NCBI RefSeq assembly: GCF_006345805.1
Contig: NC_043011.1
Location: forward strand, 39,010,464-39,074,463
Origin: Octopus sinensis
Lineage: Eukaryota
Length of the DNA: 64,000 nt
Direction: 5' to 3'
Shown: positions 1-11,790 of the stretch, one piece after another
Position numbering within the stretch: the first letter of the stretch is position 1
Layout: each line of letters begins with the position of its first letter
Notes under the pieces: generated by a model
The model's database searches: none
The model's input: the letters and a program-made list of their open reading frames with translations, nothing else
Told to the model about the DNA's origin: nothing
Made by a program: the position numbers and the translations under genes

Positions 1-250
1 AAAAGATAGGCTTGATTCAAAGTTGTCCTGGGGTTAAGCAGTGATCAGTTATTGGAATAAGAGCGTTGTAGATAATTAGATACCACTGATTCAAGTAGCC
101 GGGCTTTGGAACTAACTACCAGATTAAATTCACCTTGTGGGGGTGGAGAAGTTTCCTGCGATAGACCAATGTCCTCCACCTGGAGAAAATTTTGCCTATC
201 TCTTTCTGTTTTTCTCTTTCTCTTTCTTGTTAACATATGAGTGAGCTTCT

Positions 251-484
251 TATTTCTTTACTGCCCACAAGGGGCTACACACAGAGAGGACAAACAAGGA
301 CAGACAAAGGGATTAAGTCGATTATATCGACCCCAGTGCATAACTGGTACTTAATTTATCAACCCTGAAAGGATGAAAGACAAAGTCGATCTTGGCGGAA
401 TTGGAACTCAGAATGTAGCAGCAGACGAAATACCGCTAACCATTTCACCCGGCATGCTAATGTTTCTGCCAGGTCGCCGCCTTA
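251..484 (-). mobile_element. tRNA-derived SINE, family B, full length with 16-bp TSD
   Basis: Minus strand begins AAGGCGGCGACCTGGCAGAAAC, has a B-box-like GAGTTCCAATTCC and the core (G)TCTTTCATCCTTTCAGGGTTGATAAATTAAGTACCAG. Flanked by ATATGAGTGAGCTTCT at 235-250 and 485-500. Confidence 0.9.
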
Positions 485-556
485 ATATGAGTGAGCTTCT
501 GTGTGGTTGTTTGACTTGCTAGAAAATAACAAATTCCCCCACAAATCTGAACCATT

Positions 557-815
557 TTAACCCTTTTGTTACAATTTTTTTTTTTTTTTTTTGTTAGTTA
601 CACTTCCTTTGCTTCCTTCAATTCAGGAAATAATGAAGAATTTTTCTGAAATATTATTAATTATTCATTTACTAAAATATCATTAATCCGTTGTTTGGAT
701 CATAAATTAACATGGAATTTTGATGGAAGGTTTTGATTTAAATCGTTTTAAAATAGGAAATTTGTATCACAGCATCAGAGGCTGTCTCAGGCAGGATTGG
801 TATCAAAAATGGTTA
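557..815. mobile_element. piggyBac-like non-autonomous element (MITE), degenerate
   Basis: Starts TTAACCCTTT and ends ...AAAAATGGTTA; interior similar to the copies at 1027-1562 and 17030-17308. Confidence 0.6.
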
Positions 816-1026
816 TAAAGAAGGTAAAAATAGATTGGGTTGGAATCAAGCTTCTTACTACACAGCCATGTCCGCACCTACCTTACCACACTGTCACACC
901 TGGATGATGATTACGATGATGATGATGATGAACAGGATGACAGGCTTCTTTCAGTTTCTGTTTATCAAATCCAATCATAAAGTCTTGGTTAGCTTGGGGC
1001 TATATAATACGACACTTGGAAGACAC

Positions 1027-1562
1027 TTAACCATTTTGTTACCACATTTCTGTTGAAGGCGCGTGGCTTAGTGGTTAGGGCATTTGACTCACGATTGTAA
1101 AAGTGTTGGTTCAATTCCTGGCAACATGTTGTCCTTGAGCAAGACACTTTATTTCACGTTGCTCCGGTCTACTCAGCTGGCAAAAATGAGTAGTACTTGT
1201 ATTTCAAAGGGCTGGCCTTGTCACACTTTGTGTCATGCTGAATCTCCCTGAGAATTCCATTCAGGGTACACATGTCTGTGGAGTGCTCAGCCACTTGCAT
1301 ATTAATTTCACGAGCAGGACTCTCGTTGTCGTAACCGACAGAGTTCTCCATCTTTCTGTTGAGATGCTCTGTGTTTCTTTCAATTAATTTTAATTATTAC
1401 AAAGAATTTAGTAAAATAACTTAGTTATCATTAAGCTAGTGTTAGGAACATAAATTGTGACTAAGGTTTGATGGAAGATTTTAATTCAAAACTTAAGAAA
1501 ACAAGACATTTGTACTACTGAGCCAGAGGTGGTTACAGCCAAGTTGGTTTCGAAATGGTTAA
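1027..1562. mobile_element. piggyBac-like MITE interrupted by a SINE
   Basis: TTAACCATTT...AAATGGTTAA termini (TTAA target). Interior matches 17030-17308 and 32307-32545 in reverse once the SINE at 1057-1352 is removed. Confidence 0.75.
1057..1352 (+). mobile_element. tRNA-derived SINE, family D, with 10-bp TSD
   Basis: A box TGGCTTAGTGG, B box GGTTCAATTCC, then GTCCTTGAGCAAGACAC domain. TTTCTGTTGA duplicated at 1047-1056 and 1353-1362. Confidence 0.85.
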
Positions 1563-1566
1563 TCAA

Positions 1567-1745
1567 AGCGGTGAGCTGGCAGAATTCTTGGCACACTTGA
1601 CAAAATGCTCAATGGCATTTCTTCAGCATTTAAATTCTGTCAAGGTTGATTTTTGCCTTTCATCCCTTTTAAGGGTGGGTGGGGTCATTAAAATAGGCAC
1701 CAGTTGAGCATTGGGGTTGATGTAATCTGTTAGTCCCCTTTTATA
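1567..1745 (+). mobile_element. SINE family B, degenerate
   Basis: GCGGTGAGCTGGCAGAA head and GCCTTTCATCC...GGGGTTGATGTAATC core. Confidence 0.7.
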
Positions 1746-1893
1746 TAAAATTTAAGGTCTTGAACCTATAAATAGAAAGGAATATTATTATTATTATATT
1801 GTAGGTAATGGTCAGATGTATGTACACACACATAAACATACATGCTTATATATACATGTACACACATAAACAGATACATGTATTCACACATGT

Positions 1894-1936
<43 letters not shown>

Positions 1937-2434
1937 AATATAAAATTGGAACAAAAACGCAATAGAGGGCATTAAAATGTTTGGACAGATAGACGACAGA
2001 AAGGCGGACAAGAGAAACAACAATTAGGACAGGTAAAAAAGACAGGTTATTCTTGGCTTTTTCCCATAAAACTCTCCAATTTTGGTTAAAATGGGGAAGA
2101 GGTGTTAAAACATATAAGTGAATTTTAATTCATGCAGACGATTGATTCGTATAAAATCGCAATATAAAAATCATGCAAATTCATGGTTGAATAGAATTAA
2201 TTAAATTAGATTAAATTGCAGTAATTAGATTAGATTAAATTATATTAATTATATATCACAGTACTCTTCAGTGCAAGAAGTATAAACAAAATTTTTACAA
2301 AGGACTTGAGAGAGGGAAAAGCAGAATAAGGATCTTGGAGATTCATATTTATCCTTATGAGAAAGAAAGATATGTGTGAGTTCAGTTGAGAACCCTCCAG
2401 ATTAAAGGATGAATCTAATTCAAGTTATTTACAA

Positions 2435-2485
<51 letters not shown>

Positions 2486-2629
2486 ACACACACACACAGA
2501 GGCTTTGATGATGTTCCACTGACTTATTTTCCACTTTTGTGTAGTTGAAATATTTTGCCACCCCTCACCTACCCACGTACACATAGACTTACTCACATGA
2601 TTTCTTCCTTTCATAATAAACCCCACCCA

Positions 2630-2663
<34 letters not shown>

Positions 2664-2829
2664 ACAAACACCCTTTGTGCTATACAGCCAAGACGAGAAA
2701 TCCACTTAACACAAACAGTTCTTTATTTGAATTAGATTCTATATTAAAAATAATGCAAAATATACAAGTAAAAGATTAAGAAATAACCAAAGAAAAATGA
2801 ATGAATAAATAAATATATATATAAATATA

Positions 2830-2862
<33 letters not shown>

Positions 2863-2877
2863 GTGTATATATATATA

Positions 2878-3425
2878 TCATCATCATCATCATCATTTAA
2901 CGTCCGCTTTCCATGCTAGCATGGGTTGGACGGTTCAACTGGGGTCTGGGGAGCCCGAAAGCTGCACCAGTCCAGTCAGATCTGGCAGTGTTTCTACAGC
3001 TGGATGCCCTTCCTAACGCCAACCACTTCGAGAGTGTAGTGGGTGATTTTATGTGCCACCGACACAGGTGCCAGACGAGGCTGGCAAACGGCCACGCTCG
3101 GATGGTGTTTTTTTTATGTGCCACCGACACAGGTGCCAGACGAGGCTGGCAGACGGCCACGCTCGATGGTGTTTTTATGTGCCAACCGACACAGGTGCCA
3201 GATGAGGCTGGCAAACGGCCACGATCGATGGTGCTTGTTACGTGCCCACAGCACGGAGGCCAGTCGATGCGGTACTGGCTACGGCCACGTTCGGATGGTT
3301 TTCTTGTGTGCCACGTGCCACCGGCACTGGTACCACAAGGATACAAATTCCATTGATGTTCATCTATTTTGATTTGTTTTGATTTGATTTTCACTTGCCT
3401 CAACAGGTCTTCACAAGTGTCACAA
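2878..3425 (-). mobile_element. SINE-like family C with internal ~61-bp tandem units and (GAT)n tail
   Basis: (CAT)n-TTAACGTCCGCTTTCCATGCTAGCATGGG terminus, GGATGCCCTTCCTAACGCCAACC motif and tandem GTGCCACCGACACAGGTGCCAGACGAGGCTGGC units. Near-identical inverted copy at 23828-24437. Confidence 0.85.
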
Positions 3426-3531
3426 CATACCTATATATATACATACCTATATATACACATACCTCTATATATACACATACCTATATATACACACATACCT
3501 ATATATACACACACACATATATATATACACA

Positions 3532-3575
<44 letters not shown>

Positions 3576-4139
3576 AATATAAAAGAAAATCAGCAATGAT
3601 GTGAAATATATATATAAATAGTATTCTTTGGCTACTTAAAATTTCTGTAGTTGTAATTAAATGAGCAAGGGAGCTTCTACAAAATCTTTTGACCTACTGA
3701 CAAAATACTTACCAAAATCTGTCTGTCTGCCTGTCTGTCTGTCTCTCTCTCAGCTACATTCATACCTACACAGATGCTTACAGGCATACACAGAATTTCC
3801 TCTCACCTTGCCTCTGTTATCTTTAAAGTAGATTTCCATATGTTTCAAATAGTTTAAAAACGAAAAAAGGTCATACCAGCCATTGAAATGAATGAGCCTG
3901 TACATAGTTGCTAGATCTCTCAGAAACAGCAGCCAGAATTCAAAATCTGTTGACCTACTGACAAGTTCCAAACACACACACTCTGTCTCTCCTCTCTTAC
4001 ACACACATGGGTATATATATATTATATTGGGCCTGATGAAGCCTTCCAGCTTCAGACCCAGTTGAACCGTCCAACCCATGCTAGCATGGAGAACAGCGAC
4101 CTAAATGATGATGATATATATATTATATTATATAATTAT

Positions 4140-4295
4140 ATTATATGTAGAAAAATACAAAGGACAAGGCCGCAAAACACTTAGAAGACGATACAAAAAA
4201 CACGGACAGGACATTCGAAGCCCTCAATCTTCAGTCAAGAACCGGATCATCGTAGCAATTTCAGCTGATTAATCTTGAGATCGCTCCGATCCGAT
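4140..4295 (-). mobile_element. Penelope-like short repeat remnant
   Basis: Sits beside a (TA)-rich tract; minus strand has CTGAAGA-TTGAGGGCTTC-GAAT followed by a T-rich tail, the same layout as 53790-53985 and 57680-57915. Confidence 0.35.
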
Positions 4296-4314
4296 ATACA
4301 CACACACACACCCA

Positions 4315-4800
4315 TGTGTGGTAAGTAGCTCACTTACCAACCACATGGTTCCAGGTTCAGTCCCACTGCGTTGCACCTTGGACAAGTGTCTTCTACTATA
4401 GCCTCTGGCCTACCAAAGCATTGTGAGTGGATTTGATAGACAGAAACTGAAAGAAGCTCGTCGTATATGTGTATATGTATATACATATATACAACGTGGC
4501 ACTGTGGGCAAGTGCCTCGAGCTGACCAAAGCCTTGTGAGTGGATTTGGTTGATGGAAACTGAAAGAAGCCCGTCGTATATATATATATGCATATATGTA
4601 TGTATATGTTTGTGTATCTGTGTCTGTCCCACCGACATTGCTTGTCAACCGATGCTGGTGTGTTTACGTCCACGTCACTTAGTGGTTTGGCAAGAGAGAC
4701 TGATAGAATAAGGACTAGGCTTGCAAAGAATAAGTCCTGGGGTCGATTTGCTCAACTAAAGGTGGTGCTCCAGCATGGCCGCAGTCAAATGGCTGACACA
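4315..4800 (+). mobile_element. tRNA-derived SINE family A with internal partial duplication
   Basis: TGTGTGGTAAGTAGC...GGTTCAGTCCCACTG head. The CAAGTG...GGAAACTGAAAGAAGC block occurs twice; 3' GCTCCAGCATGGCCGCAGTCAAATG. Confidence 0.85.
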
Positions 4801-5311
4801 AAATAATATACACACTCACACATACATACACATACACACAAGTACAGATGTACATATGCTTGACCTGCTAGAAATAGTAGCCAGATTCAAAATCTCTTGA
4901 CCTACTTACAGGTACCCCAAAATATTTCTCTTTCTCCCTCACCTATGCACACACAGATTTATATACACATACATGTATATATATATATATATATATGCAT
5001 ACACACACACACAACTTCCTTTCACCTCACCTCCTTTATCTTTGAAATAGATTCCATATGTTCCAAACAGTTAAAAATAGAAATTAAAAAAAAAAAAAAA
5101 GGTCATGCCAGCTAGTGAGATGAACGAGCCTCTATGATTACTTGTCTTGCTAGAAATAGCAACCAGAATTTTTGTCTAAGCTAGGGATCATAGACAACCC
5201 CTTGGAAAGGATCTATGTGGCTATTTGAATGAATCAATGCCCTTTTGAAACGATTTTGAGCACTAAAGATGCTGAATCATTAACAAACTGAGTGTGGGAG
5301 GATGTGGTAAT

Positions 5312-5532
5312 TTAACCCTTTAGTGTTCAGATTATTCTGTCAAATGTGATGTTTGTTTATTGAAAATGGTTTGAATTAATCATGCATTATCTTGTAGTTT
5401 AGAGATTTCAGTGATGTGATTTTTTAGTTTTAGAATGACATTGTAGGGCTGAGGTGAGATCTGGTCAGTTTCAATATAAAACAGGTCAAATATTTTGGCC
5501 AGATATGGCCGGTTTGAATGCTAAAGAGTTAA
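5312..5532. mobile_element. piggyBac-like MITE (second family)
   Basis: TTAA-CCCTTTAG...CTAAAGAG-TTAA termini; related fragments at 32820-33030, 34087-34311 and 43190-43267. Confidence 0.75.
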
Positions 5533-5719
5533 GGCTAAAACTCACGAATTTCCATCCAATTATTGATGCAATGACTAAAACTCAGCTTAACCCTTAAAAA
5601 TTGAGATTATTTTGTCAAATTGTTTTAAATTATCCCTTTAGTGTTTAAATTATTCTGCCAGATGTAAAGCTTCATCATCAACAATTAACACCCACTTTCT
5701 ATGCTGGCATGGGTTAGAC

Positions 5720-6376
5720 CAGGGCAGGCCAACCTGAGGCCCGCAGACTTTTATCTTGCGCCCCGCTTGATACTTTCTTGAAGCATTATTTAATTCAAAA
5801 TATAATTGTTTGCGTAAAACTTTTGTTTCAAAATAAATTTAAAGTCTGTGCATGGCAATAAAGCCATAGCTTACAATTTTATAATAGGCACAGGCGTGGC
5901 TGTATGGTAAATAGCTTGCTTACCAACCACATGGCTCCGGGTTCAGTCCTACTGCATGGCACCTTGAGCAAGTGTCTTCTACTATAGCCTCAGGCTAACC
6001 ACAGCCTTGTGAGTGGATTTCATAGATGGAAACTGAAAGAAGCTCATTGTGTGTGTTTGTTCCCCGACCATCACTTGACAACTGATGTTGGTGTGTTTAC
6101 GTCCCTATAACTTTTGTGGTTCAGCAAAAGAAACTGAAAGAATAAGTACTCGGCTTACAAAGAATAAGTCCTGGGTTCGATTAGTTTGACTAAAGGTGGT
6201 GCTCCAGCATGGCTGCAGTCAAATGACTGAAACAAAAGAATAAAAGAATAAATGAAAAGTATGAAAAATTCTTGATTCTGTAATTTGAGTGTTAGGGCAT
6301 ACAGTATACAAGCAGCCCTCAAAAAGCTTTCTGTGGATAAAGTGGCCCGCATTGTAAATCGAGTTGGCCAGGCCTG
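5720..6376. mobile_element. hAT-type MITE with 8-bp TSD, containing a SINE A
   Basis: TIRs CAGGGCAGGCCAAC / GTTGGCCAGGCCTG; TSD GGTTAGAC (5712-5719) and GGTTAGAT (6377-6384). Confidence 0.8.
5885..6260 (+). mobile_element. SINE family A, full length
   Basis: TAGGCACAGGCGTGGCTGTATGGTAA head through GACTGAAACAAAAGAATAAAAGA tail. Confidence 0.9.
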
Positions 6377-6789
6377 GGTTAGATGGTTTAACTGGAACTG
6401 GTAAGCCGGAGAGCTGCACCAGGTTCCAGTCTGATTTTGTCATGGTTTTTATGGCTGAATGCCCTTCCTAATGCCTACCACTCCACAAAGTGTAATGGGT
6501 GCTCTTTACGAGCCGCTGGCATATGTGCCATTTATATGACACCAGCAACAGCCACACTTAAAATTCCACTTGGCTTGATGTGTCTTCTCCAGCACAGCAT
6601 ATCGCCAAAAGTCTTGGTCACTAGTCATTGCCTCTGTGAGCTCCACCGTTCAGAGATCATGTTTCACCTCCTTGTCCCATGTCTTCCTGGGTCTCGCTCT
6701 TCCACAGCTTCCTTCCACTGGTATTTTACCACAAGCATAATAACCACTAATAAACACATTTCACATTAAATCTTACGACTATATTAGTA

Positions 6790-6953
6790 TAGGTGTAGGA
6801 GTGGCTGTGTGGTAAGTGGCTTGCTTACGAACCACATGGTTCCGGGTTCAGTCCCACTGCGTGGCACCTTGGTCAAGTGTCTTCTACAATAGCCTCTGGC
6901 CGACCAAAGCCTTGTGAGTGGATTTGGTAGACAGAAACTGAAAGAAGCCCGTC

Positions 6954-6994
<41 letters not shown>

Positions 6995-7205
6995 TATGTT
7001 TGTGTGTCTGTGTTTGTCCCCCCAACACTGCTTGACAACTGATGCTGGTGTGTTTATGTCCCTGTAACTTAACGGTTCGGCAAAAGAGACTAATAGAATA
7101 AGTACTAGGCTTGCAAAGAATAAGTCCTGGGGTTGATTTGCTCGACTAAAGGTGGTGCTCCAGCATGGCCCTCAGTCAAATGACTGAAAAGAATATAAGA
7201 GTATA
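6790..7205 (+). mobile_element. SINE family A, full length, internal (TA)n
   Basis: Same head, core and tail as other A copies; microsatellite at about 6955-7010. Confidence 0.9.
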
Positions 7206-8301
7206 ACGGGACTAAATTTTTTATTGTTCTTTATTAATTTTGTTAACTGTTTTCATTAAATTCGTTAAATATCTTTTATTAAAAATCAGTAATGATTCAA
7301 AAAAGAACAAAGGAATAATTGCTTGTAAATCAATAATTTTTTTTTTATTAATTATATTTTTTCATTTTATTTTAGAAATTTACATGATTAGTGATGGGAG
7401 TGTCAATAAATTATCAACAATTCTATGAAGCGGTCAATGACTTATTAAGCCCACCCCGTTCCTCCAGTCTAGATTAGTAGATGTTTTCTATTATTTCCTT
7501 AGTTGTCTTAAGTGTCTTAGTTGCTGGACTTAAGTTAGGACAACTTCTGTGTTGAGGATGTTTATTGAGATGGGAACATGTCTACAGCTTACTTTTTATC
7601 TCCAATCAATCAGACTCTTTTGTTTTCCTTTACAAGAAGATAATAGATTTGGAGAATTGTTAAAGTGTTGGATAAACTGCATTGCAGTATTTAGCCATGG
7701 CCATCCACATTCTGAGTTCAATTCCTGTTGAAGTTAACTTTGCTTTTCACCCTTCTGATCTACAAGATAATGTAATTGTCATGTACTGGAGTGTGAAAGG
7801 TATATGGCCTATTGGTTGAGGGTGTTAAGCTCATGTTTATAAGGTTGTCAGAATTATTTCTGGACTAAGTGTGAAACCTTGTGTCCTTGAGGAATGTACT
7901 ACATTTTACGTCTGATGAGACAAGAAAGAAGGCATTTTGTTTCAGTCAGTTCACCTGGAAATGAGTACCAGGGCAGTGCTGGAATATCCCTCACCCCCTC
8001 CATTTGTCATATCTGCGATGTTCCACTGGGTAAAATATGGTGGTTGTTGGTAGGGCAAGAGAATGTCCGTATCTATTGACATCTGCACAGGAACCTGAAG
8101 CAGTTAGCAAAAGTAGATAAAGCTGTGATAAAATGCTTGCTTCCCAATTGCACGGTTTTGGCTTCAGTCCCCTGCGTGGCACCTTGGGCAAGTGTCTTCT
8201 TATATAATGGTTTCCAGTTGGGGGCCTATGTGACTCTTAGGGTTGCATATAATATTTTATTGTTAAAGATATGTACAATAAATTGGTTACACTTCCACAA
8301 T

Positions 8302-8662
8302 ACTCTTTTACTTGTTTCAGTCATTTGACTGTGGCCATGCTGGAGCACCGCCTTTAGTCGAACAAATCGACCCCAGGACTTATTCTTTGTAAGCCTAGTA
8401 CTTATTCTATCATTCTCTTTTGCTGAACTGCTAAGTTACGGGGATGTAAACACACCAGCAACGGTTGTCAAGCGATGTTGGACACACACACACACACACA
8501 CACATATACATATATACGACGGGCTTCTTTCAGTTTCCAATCTGCCAAATCCACCCACAAGGCTTTGGTTGGCCCGAAGCTACAGTAGAAGACATTCACC
8601 CAAGATACCACGCAGTGGGACTGAACCTAGAACCATGTGGTCAAGAAGCTTCTTGCCACACC
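8302..8662 (-). mobile_element. SINE family A
   Basis: Reverse complement of family A: TACTCTTTTACTTGTTTCAGTCATTTGAC...CAGTGGGACTGAACC. Confidence 0.9.
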
Positions 8663-8861
8663 TGTGTTTTAATTAATAAGCAACAGCTGCTGCTGCTGAT
8701 GATTGTGGTTATGTTTTTTTTTAATTGCCGCAATTTACTTAGTAGTGTGTAAGCTGGTCCTCTGGCAACACATGGGGTGCTAATCTGGGTTTTCTAATGT
8801 TTGATAACTAATATTAAATACATGTGTGTATACATACATACACGCACACCATTTAACATCT

Positions 8862-9081
8862 AAGGCGGTGAGCTGGCAGAACCGTTAGCACGTCGGGCAA
8901 AATGCGTAGCCGTTACATTCTGAGTTCAAATTCCGTCGAGGTCGACTTTGCCTTTCATCCTTTCGGGGTCGATAAATTAAATACCAGTTTACACACTGGG
9001 GTCGATGTAATCGACTTAATCCATTTGTCTGTCCTTGTTTGTCCCCTCTATGTTTAGCCCCTTGTGGGCAATAAAGAAACA
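8862..9081 (+). mobile_element. SINE family B with 12-bp TSD
   Basis: AAGGCGGTGAGCTGGCAGAA head, GAGTTCAAATTCC B box; CATTTAACATCT at 8850-8861 and 9082-9093. Confidence 0.9.
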
Positions 9082-9778
9082 CATTTAACATCTGCTTTTC
9101 CATGCTTATACACACTCATACGTACACACACACACACATATATATATGGCAAAATACAGTTTATATAAAACATTTCACATGACGATTTTGATGGTGTTGC
9201 ATTCCATGATTCCATGCTGATAAAAAAAAATACAAAACTAAACAAAAAATTAAAGAAACAAAAATAATGGACAACAAAAGAGAAAAACGCCTGATTTTTA
9301 TCCAATGAAATCGCACGGAATAATAATAATGTTAATAATAATACTATTACAATTTTTCATGTGATGTTGTTTTTTTGTCAACACGAAACCACACGAAAGT
9401 GTAACCATCTGCTTCATAAATTGTTGAGTTAAATTATAATGTGTTGTTTCGCTATTTGTTAAAGAAGTGTTCAGCAAATCTAGTCTATAAATACCAACTT
9501 TATTCTTGTATGATGTCTGCTATTGTGCTAAAATAATTGGGTTTTTTTTTTTAATTAAAAAAAAATTGGGTGGGGTTTAAATCGTTGAAGTACTAAGTCG
9601 GTAGCCTACCTGAGAAAGCTTGTATTGAAAGTGTTTGTATTTAAATTAAAAATTCTGATGTGTGGCTGTGGGGTAAGAATTTTGTCTTCCAACCACATGG
9701 TTCTAGATTCAGTCCCAATCTGTGGCTCCTTCAGCTAGTGGATTTGGTGAATGGAAACTGAAAGAAGCCCATTGTGTT

Positions 9779-9820
<42 letters not shown>

Positions 9821-9986
9821 TTTCATCATTTAATGTCATCTCTCCATGCTGGTTTGATTAAGGCTGGCAAGCAGAGGGGCTACAGTAGACTTCAGTCTGA
9901 TTTAGCATGGTTTCTATGGCTGGATGTTCTTCCTAACGCCTACCACTTTGTAATGGGCACTTCTATGTGCTACTGGCACAGGTTCC

Positions 9987-10249
9987 AGCACCTTTCAAGA
10001 GCTGGGCCTCAGAGATGCAATGACAAATGACTGATGCCTTTGGCATTATACTTTGCTTGAGAAGACCCATCAAACCAGGCAAGATTAGTCGTGGCAGATA
10101 CTGGTGTCACAAAGGTTCCAGTTGTGTGACACCAGTATCTGTCACGACTAATCTTGCCTGGTTTGATGGGTCTTCTCAAGCAAAGTATAATGCCAAAGGC
10201 ATCAGTCATTTGTCATTGCATCTGTGAGGCCCTGCTCTTGAAAGGTGCT
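9987..10249. repeat. Near-perfect inverted repeat (125-bp arms, 13-nt loop) inside a family C element
   Basis: 9987-10111 is the reverse complement of 10125-10249 with about 3 differences; the ORF track shows mirror ORFs 10009-10209(-) and 10027-10227(+). Confidence 0.95.
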
Positions 10250-10533
10250 TTTTACATCCCTGAGAGCTACGTTAAGGGTGCACGTTTGTGTGGAGTGGTC
10301 AACCAAATCCACTCACAAGGCTTTGGTTGGCCCGAGGTGCCACACAGTGGGAATGAACCTGTAACCATGTGGTTGGTAAGCAAGCTACTTACCACACAGC
10401 CACTCCTATGCCTGCACATAGATTTGTTAGATATATTATTATATACTATTAGCTGGTAAAAATGACTAGTACCTGTAATTCAAAAGACTGGCCTTGTCAC
10501 ATTCTGTATTAGGCTGAATTTCTCTGAGAATTA

Positions 10534-10714
10534 CCATATTTTAATATGTATAAGGAACCCTATTTTGTCAAAAATTAAGTTAAAAACAAATATGTGAGTT
10601 TCTTATACATGGATAGTATTATAATCCCATACAAAACGGTTTTTCCAAATTTTAGGCCTCCAAAATTAGGGGGTTCCTTATACACAAGGGTTCTTTATAC
10701 ATATTGAAATATGG
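10534..10714. mobile_element. Tc1/mariner-superfamily (pogo/Tc2-like) MITE, TA target, nested in a SINE D remnant
   Basis: TA-CCATATTTTAATATGTATAAGGAACCC ... GGGTTCTTTATACATATTGAAATATGG-TA. Flanks rejoin to match SINE D at about 1240-1300. Confidence 0.8.
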
Positions 10715-11267
10715 TACATTAAGCTTACGTGTGTCTGTGGAGTACTCAACCGCTTGCCTGTTAATTTCACAAGCAGGCTGTTTTGTTGATTGAATCCACT
10801 TAATATGCAGTAATTAAATCATGTTTCTTACCTTGCATATGATTCACCTTGTCTTTGGTAAAATTGCCTTGCATGAGACAGGTCTGTACTACAAAAAAGG
10901 ATTGGGGGGAATCGCTTTAGTAAGACATAATAGAGAGAGAAATCAGGGAGGTCAGTCAGATTGTTTGGATGTTGTGTCGTATCATAAGCAAAACCAAAAT
11001 AGATCAAAACAAGCCTCGATATAATGTATACCAATTCTATACAATTCATGCCAGTCTTTTGGTAAAACAGATGTCGAAATGTTGATGGTGGTGGGTGGTG
11101 ATGGTGGTTGTAATTATTTCTGTGTATTTCTGAATTTCCACAGGGACAATTCTTAAAACCAAAACTGTTTCAGAGTGAGATTTTTTTCACTTTCTTTCTC
11201 TAAATTTCGGTGACAGTGGGATGGTGGGGGTGGATGGAGAAGAATTTTATGCAGACAATCTGGGAGT

Positions 11268-11606
11268 TTGTGTGTATGTGTACTTATAAGTGTATATGCA
11301 TATATGCTTGTATGTATATATGTGTATGTACATATATATTTGTATGTTTATGTCTATATTTATGTGTACATATATATGTGTAAATGCATATATAGATGTA
11401 TATATGTGTATATGCATAAATATTTGTATGTATATATGTGTATATGCATATATATTTGTATGTATATATGTGTTTATGCATATATATTTATTTGTATGTA
11501 TGTGTATATACATTTGTATGTATATATGTGTATATACATTTGTATGTATATATGTGTATGTGCATTTGTATGTATATTTGTGTATATGCATATATATATA
11601 TATATT

Positions 11607-11638
<32 letters not shown>

Positions 11639-11790
11639 CATACATACACATATCTGTATACATATGTATGCCTATATGTATATGTGCATATATACACATG
11701 TATGCCTATATTTGATTGTGCATATATATTTTTGTATATATATGTGCATCTACGTTTGTGCATGTATACACACACACACACACTTGTATA
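11268..11790. repeat. Degenerate (TA/TG) compound microsatellite
   Basis: Recurrent TATATTTGTATGTATATATGTG-like units; source of the Y/I/C/V/M-rich ORFs. Confidence 0.9.

Larger units (their letters stand above)
5675..6720 (-). mobile_element. SINE-like family C split by a hAT insertion
   Basis: CATCATC...ATGCTGGCATGGGTTAGA at 5675-5719 continues at 6377 with TGGTTTAACTGG...GCCCTTCCTAATGCC. Confidence 0.7.

Noticed and set aside
134-179. Minus-strand 46-nt exon candidate (and a 27-nt one at 63224-63250)
   Set aside because: Plausible splice signals, but such matches are expected by chance in 64 kb; the first also resembles a SINE E internal motif.
3065-3095. CAGACGA...AAAC in family C units as a hammerhead core
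   Set aside because: Lacks CUGA and GAAA in all copies and has no stem II in the required position.
2897-3403. ORFs such as MLAWVGRFNWGLG... recurring at 22.4, 24, 54.5 and 55.4 kb
   Set aside because: Incidental translations of family C repeats, not a gene family.
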